This document shows, piece after piece, positions 9,359 through 17,146 of a stretch of DNA of 55,602 nucleotides. The DNA is taken from the IMG/VR virus record IMGVR_UViG_3300042288_000346, positions 1 to 55,602 of that record. One strand, 5' to 3'. Numbering within the stretch: the first letter of the stretch is position 1; each line of letters opens with the position of its first letter. The notes beneath the pieces are model-generated. The model made no database searches. It was not told where the DNA came from and saw only the letters and a list, made by a program, of their open reading frames with translations. Made by a program: the position numbers and the translations under genes. This DNA is from a virus. Lineage: Duplodnaviria; Caudoviricetes.

Positions 9359-10204
9359 TCAGAATGGAACGCTTTGCCAGACTGGGCACCCGTGAGAGAC
9401 GCTGCAGTAATTGGCACAGCGCTTGTACTCACCGCGACGGTGAACCACTGAGTGTCCATTGCCTGCAGAATCTGCCGCAGAGTTCGCCTCCATCTCGCTG
9501 CTGAACAGCTTGACGGCTGACTTCCTGCCCTCCTTCATCAGCGCCCACACGTCACTCGTCTTCCACCGCTCCTCGTCGGTGCAAGGCTCAGGACGCGCAG
9601 CCTGATGCAGCCTAACCCGCTCGTTCAGGAAGTTGTCCTGCTCTTCCGCCGTCCACAGAGGGACAGGGATCACAGCAACCTGAGACTCCGGGTAGTCATC
9701 ACCGGCAAGCGTCTTGCTCTGCACCCAGTCGCGGAAGATGGCAATGATCTGAATGCGGTTGACGTTGAACCTGACATCGCCGGTCTCCGCCATCTGTCGA
9801 CGGCACAGCGCGGCCAGTAGATTCAACTGCTGTTCCCACTCAGGCTTGCCCTTGCGCGACCACACTGACGTGACCTTGAAGTCCATCAGGGTGCCGGCTT
9901 CGAGGACGTCCATCTGTCCGCTGACAGACCAGCCCTCAACAGTCGTGAACAGTCGAGTCTCGACAACTGCGTCTGTAGTTCCCTCCGGGTAGGCTCGCTC
10001 AAGCACCGTGTGTACGGACTGCCCAAGCAGAGACCAGATCCGATCGGCGACATCCTCCTGCGGCTCAACAGTCTCCCGCAATTTCCGTTGGAACGGCGGG
10101 GAGATCAGCTGAGTGACGCTGATGTCAGACTTGCCGCGGCTGTACCCATCGTTGGTGACAGCAGCGACAATCGAGCGCGGCAGGTTCAGTTTGTTTGTGA
10201 GCAT
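9359..10204 (-). CDS. PD-(D/E)XK (Cas4/RecB-like) exonuclease
   Basis: SVTQL, GQSVH, GQMD...DFKVTS, EQQLN motifs and a C-terminal Cys cluster (C...RCANYC...C). Confidence 0.8.
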   Translation of the reverse strand: MLTNKLNLPRSIVAAVTNDGYSRGKSDISVTQLISPPFQRKLRETVEPQEDVADRIWSLLGQSVHTVLERAYPEGTTDAVVETRLFTTVEGWSVSGQMDVLEAGTLMDFKVTSVWSRKGKPEWEQQLNLLAALCRRQMAETGDVRFNVNRIQIIAIFRDWVQSKTLAGDDYPESQVAVIPVPLWTAEEQDNFLNERVRLHQAARPEPCTDEERWKTSDVWALMKEGRKSAVKLFSSEMEANSAADSAGNGHSVVHRRGEYKRCANYCSVSHGCPVWQSVPF

Positions 10205-10551
10205 TGGCCTTCCCTCACGAATGAAGATGCAACCAAGACACGTTGCGTACTGCCCGAAGAGATCCGCTTGCGTCTCCCGCTGTCAACGATCAGCCCCTTC
10301 TTGATCAAAGGGGCGAACCGTGGGGTGATGCTGTTGCTCTTGATGTCCGGCATCAACTGCACGACATCGTCTGCCGCACAGCCTGCCGAACCAAACGAAC
10401 GGATCTTCTCGTAGACCATCTCCTCAAGACGGGCAGTACTGATCTTGGCGGCAGCGACATGGCTGGTGTCCGGATCTGACGATCTGGCCAGACCACGGCT
10501 GCCGAACAAGTCATTCGTCCTGAAGTCGAACAAGTCTTTCATGGCTTCCAT
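10186..10551 (-). CDS. Winged-helix-like DNA-binding protein
   Basis: ARSSDPDTSH motif followed by SITPRFAPLIKKGLIVDSGRR. Confidence 0.65.
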   Translation of the reverse strand: MEAMKDLFDFRTNDLFGSRGLARSSDPDTSHVAAAKISTARLEEMVYEKIRSFGSAGCAADDVVQLMPDIKSNSITPRFAPLIKKGLIVDSGRRKRISSGSTQRVLVASSFVREGQCSQTN

Positions 10552-10555
10552 AAAC

Positions 10556-11275
10556 TTAGAAAGGGATGTCATCGTTCAACTCTTCAACGCCACCGTTTGA
10601 GAGTTCAACGCGATCCTTTGTTGCGACGGCCCGTGAGTATTCAGGCGACTTCTGGATGGCTTCCTGCAGACCCTTGGAGAGGGACGAGAAGGCAGCCGCA
10701 TCGAAGTTGTCGAGAGAGAAGATCATGCTCTCGTTGACCTGCGGACTTGCCTTCATGCCCGGAAGCAGCGGCATGATCGATGCGATGTTCGCGTAGACCT
10801 TGCCGTTGTTGTTGGCGTGAACGATGTTGACCACGCAGGGCGCACCGATGATGTTCTTCATATCGAACCGCGCCTCTTCCTCCTTGGTGAACTGGCGACC
10901 GCGCCAACTCTCAAGGACAGAGCGAAGCTTGCTCTTCTCACCAATGCTTGCAGTGAACCGCTCGCTGACAGAGAACGGCTTGCCGGCCAACTTGCCGTCA
11001 GGGATCACAGCATCCGGCAGTTCCCAACTGATGAGAACCTTGCGCTGCTTCTTCTCGCTGCCCTTCCAGACAGAAGTCTGGGTTCCAAGGTCGATGATCC
11101 GGTAGCACCGGGCCACATGCGAACCAGCCGGCGGGGGAGCAAAGTCACTACCACCGCCACTGTTGTTTGCTGAAACGATAAAACTCATCTTCGCCTCCTT
11201 CTCGTGAAAAAACCTTTCGGCCATCGAGACCTGCTCGTGATAGGCCTGCGATCCGTCGTCTAGTTGGTCATCCAT
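10556..11275 (-). CDS. Single-stranded DNA-binding / recombination protein (alternative in-frame start at 11188)
   Basis: PPAGSHVARCYRIIDLGTQ OB-type pattern and acidic C-terminal DDIPF tail; adjacent to the exonuclease. Confidence 0.75.
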   Translation of the reverse strand: MDDQLDDGSQAYHEQVSMAERFFHEKEAKMSFIVSANNSGGGSDFAPPPAGSHVARCYRIIDLGTQTSVWKGSEKKQRKVLISWELPDAVIPDGKLAGKPFSVSERFTASIGEKSKLRSVLESWRGRQFTKEEEARFDMKNIIGAPCVVNIVHANNNGKVYANIASIMPLLPGMKASPQVNESMIFSLDNFDAAAFSSLSKGLQEAIQKSPEYSRAVATKDRVELSNGGVEELNDDIPF

Positions 11276-11302
11276 TGGGTGCCTCCCTAGTGACTAGACG
11301 TG

Positions 11303-11348
11303 AGTGTACCCCCTGCCATTTGAACGTGTCAACACCCCCGTGTACACT
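11303..11348. promoter_or_regulatory. Overlapping divergent sigma70-like promoters
   Basis: Minus strand: TTGACA-18 nt-TACACT (11332 to 11303). Plus strand: TTGAAC-17 nt-TACACT (11320-11348). Confidence 0.65.
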
Positions 11349-11374
11349 GCAGTCTGGACTCAAATGGAGGCTTT

Positions 11375-11674
11375 ATGACGCTGATCGAATACATCAAGGG
11401 ATTGAACCTGCGCGAGCGCGAGGATCTGGGCCGGCTGGGCGGAACGACCGGGGCGTACATCACGTCCATGATCTACCGCAACGCATCCACGACCTCCTTG
11501 GCCGTAGCCGTGGCTATGGACAAGCACAGCGGGGGCAAGCTGGACTTCCGAACGCTGATGAACCGGGCTGAGGACGTGGACTGGGACTACATCAAGTCTG
11601 CCCTGAACAGCCGCAACAAAATCATGTTTGTGACTGAGACGGTCGAGGCAAAAGAAAGCTTGACGGCTGCCTGA
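11375..11674 (+). CDS. Cro/YdaS-like HTH regulator
   Basis: First gene of the rightward operon, with an HTH-like LGRLGGTTGAYITSMIY...LAVAMDKHSGGKL segment and a GGAGG RBS. Confidence 0.65.
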   Translation: MTLIEYIKGLNLREREDLGRLGGTTGAYITSMIYRNASTTSLAVAVAMDKHSGGKLDFRTLMNRAEDVDWDYIKSALNSRNKIMFVTETVEAKESLTAA

Positions 11675-11691
11675 CCTGCTAGTAAAAAGGC

Positions 11692-11915
11692 AACCCCCGC
11701 GCATCGTCGGTGACAACGACAGGGTGCGCGGGGTTATACCGGTACTGTGGGATAGCTTGAAACACCGGGCGGGGCGGCGAGGCTAGCACCCCAGAGCGAC
11801 AAGGCTGGCGGGTCATGCGACCGACGGGTCAGCGTGTGAAGGCAGATCTAGGATGGGCTAGGTCTGCTCACTCAGGGTCAGATCACGAGGCCTCAGTAGT
11901 ATCCTTCTGGCCTCA
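11692..11915 (+). ncRNA. Candidate structured non-coding element upstream of the replication genes
   Basis: About 300 nt without a credible ORF. Hairpins include CCCGCGCA...TGCGCGGG, GCAGATCTAG-GATGGG-CTAGGTCTGC and GAGGCC...GGCCTC. Confidence 0.45.
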
Positions 11916-11941
11916 TACTCAAAAAGAATTCAAACAGAGTA

Positions 11942-11971
11942 TTGACACCTGTTGAACCTTCCATGTAACTT
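11942..11971 (+). promoter_or_regulatory. Putative sigma70 promoter
   Basis: TTGACA-18 nt-TAACTT just upstream of the GAGGAGG RBS of the gene at 11990. Confidence 0.45.
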
Positions 11972-11989
11972 CTCGCTTGAGGAGGACGC

Positions 11990-12421
11990 ATGGAACTCAA
12001 TCACTTCCCGATCAAGATTTCGGTCAACCGCGAGGCGCGGGTGGCCTGTGTCACGCAGATCGTCCCCAACGGGGAACCGCAGAAGCTTTTCATTCACGCC
12101 GATCAGGCTCTGGAGATTGCTGACTTCCTGAGCAAGGAGTTCAAGCGCAGGGGCAAAGGCGTACCTGAAGGGGCGGACGCAGACTTTGAGCGGTTCTGGT
12201 CTGCCTACCCTGTCAAGACATCCAAGGCTGGTGCGCTGTCCTCTTGGAAGCGCAGCCATGCCAATAAGCACGTTGAAAAGATCCTCGCCCATGTCGAAGC
12301 GATGAAGGCCAGCGACCAGTGGAAGCGCGGATTCATTCCGCATGCGACCACGTACCTGAACCAGCGTCGGTACGAGGACGAGCAGAAGCAGGCTGAGAAC
12401 CCTTGGGACAATGCAATATGA
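11990..12421 (+). CDS. Replication initiator / replisome organiser, C-terminal-domain-like protein
   Basis: FERFWSAYP.K..KAGA...W and FIPHATTYLNQRRYED motifs typical of phage replication proteins; upstream of the helicase. Confidence 0.7.
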   Translation: MELNHFPIKISVNREARVACVTQIVPNGEPQKLFIHADQALEIADFLSKEFKRRGKGVPEGADADFERFWSAYPVKTSKAGALSSWKRSHANKHVEKILAHVEAMKASDQWKRGFIPHATTYLNQRRYEDEQKQAENPWDNAI

Positions 12422-12618
12422 AATTCCAAAAGGTCGCGCTCACGTACGATCAGTACAAGATCCTGCTTGACCGCAAGCAAAAGGCGAATGGCCGAAGCGT
12501 GAAGTACCGCGACTTGATCAAGCAGTGGGGTGTTCCGCACTACCACCTATCAACCGCCGTGTACCGCGGCATCAAGCAATACGACTACAGGATTTGGAAG
12601 GAGGAGCAACCGAAATGA
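12418..12618 (+). CDS. Small HTH-like hypothetical protein
   Basis: ATGA coupling; KYRDLIKQWGVPHYHLSTAVYRG segment. Confidence 0.55.
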   Translation: MKFQKVALTYDQYKILLDRKQKANGRSVKYRDLIKQWGVPHYHLSTAVYRGIKQYDYRIWKEEQPK

Positions 12619-12791
12619 AACTCTACGACGTACCGCGAAACAGCCGGATCTCTTTGGTCACAGGCAAGGAACTAAACTTCAAGCGCATCGACGGCATGTA
12701 TTCGTACTGCACCGACGATGAGGGCAACGTTTGGCACATTCCCGCAACGACTGAGGTGTTGTTGCTGCCAAAACAGGAGCAACCGCGATGA
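12615..12791 (+). CDS. Hypothetical protein
   Basis: MKLYDVPRNSRI...; GGAG RBS and ATGA coupling. Confidence 0.6.
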   Translation: MKLYDVPRNSRISLVTGKELNFKRIDGMYSYCTDDEGNVWHIPATTEVLLLPKQEQPR

Positions 12792-12997
12792 CCGAATTAC
12801 AGCTAGGCGACATTGTGCAGATCAATCCGTCGGTGGATGGGTTTGGCGGGTGTCTGGCAGTGGTAAACGAAATAAAGAGCGATGACCGTCTTATGGTGTA
12901 TGTGCAAAACGCAGGGCAACAGGGCCAAGCGTATATCTACTTGAACAAGGACAAGTACGAACCAACAGGTGGCCGTGCTGTATGGGTGGTGTCATGA
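12788..12997 (+). CDS. Hypothetical protein (KOW/SH3-like)
   Basis: LQLGDIVQINP motif; RBS and coupled start/stop. Confidence 0.6.
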   Translation: MTELQLGDIVQINPSVDGFGGCLAVVNEIKSDDRLMVYVQNAGQQGQAYIYLNKDKYEPTGGRAVWVVS

Positions 12998-13245
12998 CCC
13001 GCGACGACATCATCCGCATGTCGCAGGAAGCGGGATTTGAAATTGAGAAAACGCTTTACGGGCCTGTCCCTTGTGTCGATGGTCGCGGCATCGACGACCG
13101 TCTTGAACGCTTCGCCGCCCTCGTTGCCGCCCATGAGCGCGAGGCGTGTGCGAGGGTGTGTGAGGCGCGGCACATGGGCGACAACAACCGGGAAGATGCA
13201 GAGGCGAGGCGTTGCGCCGCCGCGATTCGGGCGAGGGGTGGGTGA
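12994..13245 (+). CDS. Hypothetical phage protein
   Basis: MTRDDIIRM.QEAG...LERFAALVAAHEREACA...AAAIRARG pattern, common in phages. Confidence 0.7.
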   Translation: MTRDDIIRMSQEAGFEIEKTLYGPVPCVDGRGIDDRLERFAALVAAHEREACARVCEARHMGDNNREDAEARRCAAAIRARGG

Positions 13246-13704
13246 ATGAAACTCCCGCAGAACGCAGATCGAATCCTGAGTGTGCGCATGAAGGGCTTGA
13301 TATACAACGACACGCTTATCGTTTCGTTCTACGACAAGCCGCGCATCTCGTACGACCCGGTGGTGTACGCGAGGCCGGAGGAGACATACGACTGGCGCTT
13401 TGCTGCTCGCATGACAACGTGCATCGTTTGCCCGATTGGCATGTCGAGTTTCGAGCGCCATGCAATTGAACTACTCAAGCATGTTGCTAGGCCTCTGCTT
13501 TACTATCACCCGGATGCTGAGCAGGGCGGCTCGCTGTACTACTTCCCGACAGCGGATTCCATCGATGCATGGGTACAGGGGAAGATAGCCAAGACTCAAT
13601 GGAAGTGGGCCTTGGACAACGAGTACTGGATGGATTTCCAAAACAATCAATTCCAAAAATTCTTATCGGAAGTCGCCTGTGAAACTGATCCCAGATACCA
13701 TTAA
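13246..13704 (+). CDS. Hypothetical protein
   Basis: 152-aa ORF directly upstream of the helicase. Confidence 0.65.
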   Translation: MKLPQNADRILSVRMKGLIYNDTLIVSFYDKPRISYDPVVYARPEETYDWRFAARMTTCIVCPIGMSSFERHAIELLKHVARPLLYYHPDAEQGGSLYYFPTADSIDAWVQGKIAKTQWKWALDNEYWMDFQNNQFQKFLSEVACETDPRYH

Positions 13705-14665
13705 CTTCAAAGAGTACCTAGACTACGCTGAAGGCAGCGAGAAGGTAGTCCCTGCTTCAAAGTTCCTTGATGCAGTCATCGACCGGATACACGGCGAGAG
13801 CGCGAACAACTCTCCCGTCACGCCGTGGCAGCGCATCGGAGACAACTTTCAGATGCGCCCCGGCGAGGTCACTCTGTGGGCCGGCATCAATGGACACGGC
13901 AAGACCTTGGTGACCAGTCAGGTCGCGCTGCATCTTATGGTGCAGAACAAGAAGGTCTGCATCGCGTCATTCGAGATGAAGGCTGAGGCCACGATGGCTC
14001 GCATGGTCAAGCAGTCTGCCGCGAACGGCTTGCCGCAGCATGATTACATCCGCCGCTTCCATCTATGGACTGACGACCTGCTGTGGATCTACGACCAGCA
14101 AGGCATCGTCGACCCGGACACACTGCGCGGCGTCATGCTGTATGCGAGAAACAAACTTGGCATCGATCACTTCTTCATCGACTCAATGATGAAGGTCGTG
14201 CGCGGCGACGATGACTACAACGGCCAGAAGGACTTCGTGAACAGTGTGTGCGCGATCGCTCAGGACACCGGCATGCACGTCCACTTGATCGCCCACGTAC
14301 GCAAACGTGAAGACGAGTTCAGCATGCCGAACAAGTTCGACGTGAAGGGCAGCGGCTCGATCACTGACTTGGTCGACAACGTCTGCATCGTGTGGCGCAA
14401 CCGCTCTAAGGAGCGAAAGCTGATGGACAAACAACTGTCGGCTGTTGAGATGGAGGACACGAAGAAGTTGCCTGATTGCGTACTGCAGTGGGGCAAGCAG
14501 CGTCACTTCGAGTGGGAGGGGAAGGCTGCGCTGTGGCTGACTCAGGGGGCGCAGAGTTTCTCTGACCAGCAGGGCGCATCGCCTTATCGGTGGGAGCCGC
14601 CTGCTCGTGTCAAACCAATGCCGTCACTGATCGTTGAGGATCTTGGCGATGAAGTATTCGACTGA
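13679..14665 (+). CDS. SF4 (DnaB/T7 gp4-like) replicative helicase, RecA-like domain only
   Basis: Walker A GINGHGKT, SFEM, Walker B FFIDS, HLIAHVRK, KGSGSITDLVDN and KQR motifs. Confidence 0.88.
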   Translation: MKLIPDTINFKEYLDYAEGSEKVVPASKFLDAVIDRIHGESANNSPVTPWQRIGDNFQMRPGEVTLWAGINGHGKTLVTSQVALHLMVQNKKVCIASFEMKAEATMARMVKQSAANGLPQHDYIRRFHLWTDDLLWIYDQQGIVDPDTLRGVMLYARNKLGIDHFFIDSMMKVVRGDDDYNGQKDFVNSVCAIAQDTGMHVHLIAHVRKREDEFSMPNKFDVKGSGSITDLVDNVCIVWRNRSKERKLMDKQLSAVEMEDTKKLPDCVLQWGKQRHFEWEGKAALWLTQGAQSFSDQQGASPYRWEPPARVKPMPSLIVEDLGDEVFD

Positions 14666-14921
14666 GCAGGTCGCGGCGCTGAAGGCCGCAAGACAGAACA
14701 ACCCGGACATCGCTGAGTTTACCGACGCAGTCAGGCATGTATTCCCGTCGGCAAAACTTGCACGACTTGAGTCGGCTGAGATTACAGTCGGCGAGGTGTG
14801 GCCTGAAGGCGTATCGGGCGCGGAGTATCGCGCCGGGTTCTACATTGAAGAGCCGAAGGTTAAGAAGGGCAAAAAGCTAACAGCAAAACAGTTGGTGAGA
14901 CAGTCGACAAGATACAAGTGA
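14649..14921 (+). CDS. Hypothetical protein
   Basis: ORF overlapping the helicase end; GAGGA RBS. Confidence 0.55.
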   Translation: MKYSTEQVAALKAARQNNPDIAEFTDAVRHVFPSAKLARLESAEITVGEVWPEGVSGAEYRAGFYIEEPKVKKGKKLTAKQLVRQSTRYK

Positions 14922-14930
14922 GGAGGATGT

Positions 14931-15368
14931 ATGGACGAAACTCAGATTGTGTTTCATGGGGAGATCATGCTGCTTGGCTGGGCAGACAGCAGCACACGGG
15001 GCAGGACGGTGACGTTCCTGCTGGCTGAGGATTCAGACTCGCACCCGTTCAAGGACTTCACGATCAAGGCCGGCAAGCGATCGGGCCAGCGCTTCATGTG
15101 CGCACTGGCGGAGATCGGAGATGACGAGCAGCCGGTCAGGCAGGAACAGCGCAACTCACAGTTGGCCTATCTGTGGTGCAACGATCCCGACTTCCTGTTC
15201 TGGGCGAAGGCCAATGACGCAGGCGAGGCTCGTGAGCGAATGCTCAAGGCCTGTAGAGTGAACAGCCGCGGACAGTTGGATACAGGCGATGCGGCTGTTG
15301 CCTTCGAGCAGAAGATTAAGAAGCCGTACATCAAGTGGCGCAGCGAGAAGAACGCCGTCTCGCTATGA
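14931..15368 (+). CDS. Hypothetical phage protein
   Basis: GAGGAGG RBS; 145 aa. Confidence 0.7.
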   Translation: MDETQIVFHGEIMLLGWADSSTRGRTVTFLLAEDSDSHPFKDFTIKAGKRSGQRFMCALAEIGDDEQPVRQEQRNSQLAYLWCNDPDFLFWAKANDAGEARERMLKACRVNSRGQLDTGDAAVAFEQKIKKPYIKWRSEKNAVSL

Positions 15369-15667
15369 CCTACCGGAATCGAAGGCTGCTCGATGTAGCG
15401 CGTCACGCTACAGAGTGCATGATGTGCGACAGACACAACTGCGGAACAGTTGTCGCGGCACACAGCAACCAGCAACGTGATGGCAAGGGCATCGGGCACA
15501 AGGCTGCCGACTATCGTGTCGCCTTCCTGTGCTACGACTGCCACATGGAAATCGACCAGCGCAATCGCATGACGAGGACTGAAAAGCTTGAGCAGTGGGA
15601 GGCCGCGCATCGGAAGACGATCGGCTGGCTGTTCGATAACGGTTATCTGGATGTGAGGCGTGAGTAG
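15365..15667 (+). CDS. DUF1364/YbcO-like putative His-Me nuclease
   Basis: C..C...TVVAAHSN...GKGIGHKA.D...AFLC..CH..ID signature. Confidence 0.8.
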   Translation: MTYRNRRLLDVARHATECMMCDRHNCGTVVAAHSNQQRDGKGIGHKAADYRVAFLCYDCHMEIDQRNRMTRTEKLEQWEAAHRKTIGWLFDNGYLDVRRE

Positions 15668-16037
15668 AAAGCGATGCCCGATATGCGGGATGGAGAACAC
15701 CGGAGGGATACCCCACTCCTACCATAATCTGCAGAAGCGCAGAGGCATAGACATCGACAACGTTTTCGTCGACCACTACTCGTCAGTCAGGGTGGCAATG
15801 AATGTCGCAAACGCAATGATCGATGGGTTAGCAGAATACGAGAGGAGGAAGAAAGATGGGAAAGAGGCAACGCCAACGAGGCGCAGAGACAGAGCGCGAA
15901 GTCGCAAACTTTCTAAGCGAACAACTTGGGATGGAGATCAAACGCAAACTGGGGCAGGCGAGGGATTCGGGGGAAGATATAAGCGTCTATCCCTACCGCA
16001 TCGAGGTGAAGCGAAGAAAGAAACTGGCGGTGACTGA
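15660..16037 (+). CDS. Hypothetical protein
   Basis: CPIC N-terminus. The long 3' overlap with the next gene lowers confidence. Confidence 0.4.
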   Translation: MSRKRCPICGMENTGGIPHSYHNLQKRRGIDIDNVFVDHYSSVRVAMNVANAMIDGLAEYERRKKDGKEATPTRRRDRARSRKLSKRTTWDGDQTQTGAGEGFGGRYKRLSLPHRGEAKKETGGD

Positions 16038-16188
16038 GTTCATCGAGCAGTGCGAGACCGGTGTGCAGCCGGGTGAGATTCCGATTGTGATCATGCGTGT
16101 CGATGGAGACACTCGACCGCTGGTCATGCTGAGACTTGAGCATTTCATTGAAACCATGAAAGACAAAATACAACGAGGTGTTCCATGA
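15856..16188 (+). CDS. Holliday junction resolvase-like PD-(D/E)XK nuclease
   Basis: RGAETEREVA...D...IEVKRR...PIVIMR pattern (Hjc-type). Confidence 0.75.
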   Translation: MGKRQRQRGAETEREVANFLSEQLGMEIKRKLGQARDSGEDISVYPYRIEVKRRKKLAVTEFIEQCETGVQPGEIPIVIMRVDGDTRPLVMLRLEHFIETMKDKIQRGVP

Positions 16189-16457
16189 TTACTCTTTACG
16201 GATTCGACAACGCGATAGTTGGCACGGCATCTGCGTGTTGCGCAGACGGCCATGTGCATCGAGCAATCTATGACGGAAGCAAGATCGTTGAGATACTGAT
16301 GGACAGCAGCAGGATGTCTCGCGAGGAAGCGGAGGAGTACATCAGTTACAACATCATCGGACTTTGCATTGGCGATGACGCGCCTCTCGTGATGTGGCCA
16401 AAGCCTGACGACACCTTGGTCATAGAGTTCATCGAGGAACTATCCAATGCCAAGTAA
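16185..16457 (+). CDS. Hypothetical phage protein
   Basis: GFDNAIVG...YD...EEAEEYISYNIIG pattern. Confidence 0.7.
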   Translation: MITLYGFDNAIVGTASACCADGHVHRAIYDGSKIVEILMDSSRMSREEAEEYISYNIIGLCIGDDAPLVMWPKPDDTLVIEFIEELSNAK

Positions 16458-16986
16458 CGAGCGCATCGGCACCGCGCTGAATTCCAAAAACCTGAAGAGC
16501 GACGAGACGCACTTCGATGCCGATCTCGTTGCCGCACTGGCGCATGCCTCGAAACTTGGGGCCACCCTGCAGATGCTGATCAGTGGCGGGTTCGCTGAAG
16601 AACTGCGGCCAGCATCGGACGAACTGGCTAGGGTGCTAAAGAAGGCATGCCGGCGCAGGAACTGGGGCATCGGCTGGCAGGCCGCCCAGAGGGCGTCGAG
16701 GCAGGGGCTGATCGAATGGATGATGAAGGCCTGCCGCGGGTGCAACGGCACCGGCAAGACGCTTCTGAACTACGGGCTAGACTCAGCAGACCAGAAGGAG
16801 CAGGACTGTCCGCTGTGTGAGGGGGTGGGGGAGTTTGTCCCTGAGTGGCACTGGCGTAGCCAGCAGATGGGACTTGGGCCTGATGACTCTCAGGCTTGGT
16901 GGACTAAGCGGGTGGACTTAGCCAAGGAGATTGCCGGCGATGCTTTCCACACTGCCCGGAGGCAGGTGAACCGGCAACTTGAGTGA
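16447..16986 (+). CDS. Antiterminator Q-like / late regulator with zinc finger
   Basis: CRGCNGTG...CPLCEGVG zinc finger; last gene of the rightward early operon. Confidence 0.6.
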   Translation: MPSNERIGTALNSKNLKSDETHFDADLVAALAHASKLGATLQMLISGGFAEELRPASDELARVLKKACRRRNWGIGWQAAQRASRQGLIEWMMKACRGCNGTGKTLLNYGLDSADQKEQDCPLCEGVGEFVPEWHWRSQQMGLGPDDSQAWWTKRVDLAKEIAGDAFHTARRQVNRQLE

Positions 16987-17024
16987 CCGCTAGATGGTCG
17001 ATGCATCAAGTCGACCCAAGAAAC

Positions 17025-17054
17025 TTGCAAGTGCCCTAGTCAAGGGATTAGAAT
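17025..17054 (+). promoter_or_regulatory. Putative promoter downstream of the Q-like gene (pR'-like position)
   Basis: TTGCAA-18 nt-TAGAAT. Confidence 0.4.
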
Positions 17055-17117
17055 CTGTGGTAGGTGCATTCCAACTATAACTATATTGCGCACCGACAGC
17101 GGGGAAGCCTTGTCCTT

Positions 17118-17141
17118 AAAAAAGGGGGGCCGAAGCCCCCC
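17118..17141 (-). terminator. Intrinsic terminator of the minus-strand early operon
   Basis: Minus strand reads GGGGGGC-UUCG-GCCCCCC followed by U6. Confidence 0.9.
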
Positions 17142-17146
17142 GCAAG

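Noticed and set aside
9359-10204. CRISPR-Cas system suggested by the Cas4-like nuclease
   Set aside because: I see no repeat-spacer array or other cas genes. The context next to SSB indicates recombination.
17063-17094. dif-like Xer site (minus strand GGTGCGCAATA...)
   Set aside because: The XerC-like arm matches E. coli dif at 9/11, but the normally better-conserved XerD arm (TTATGTTAAAT) is absent.
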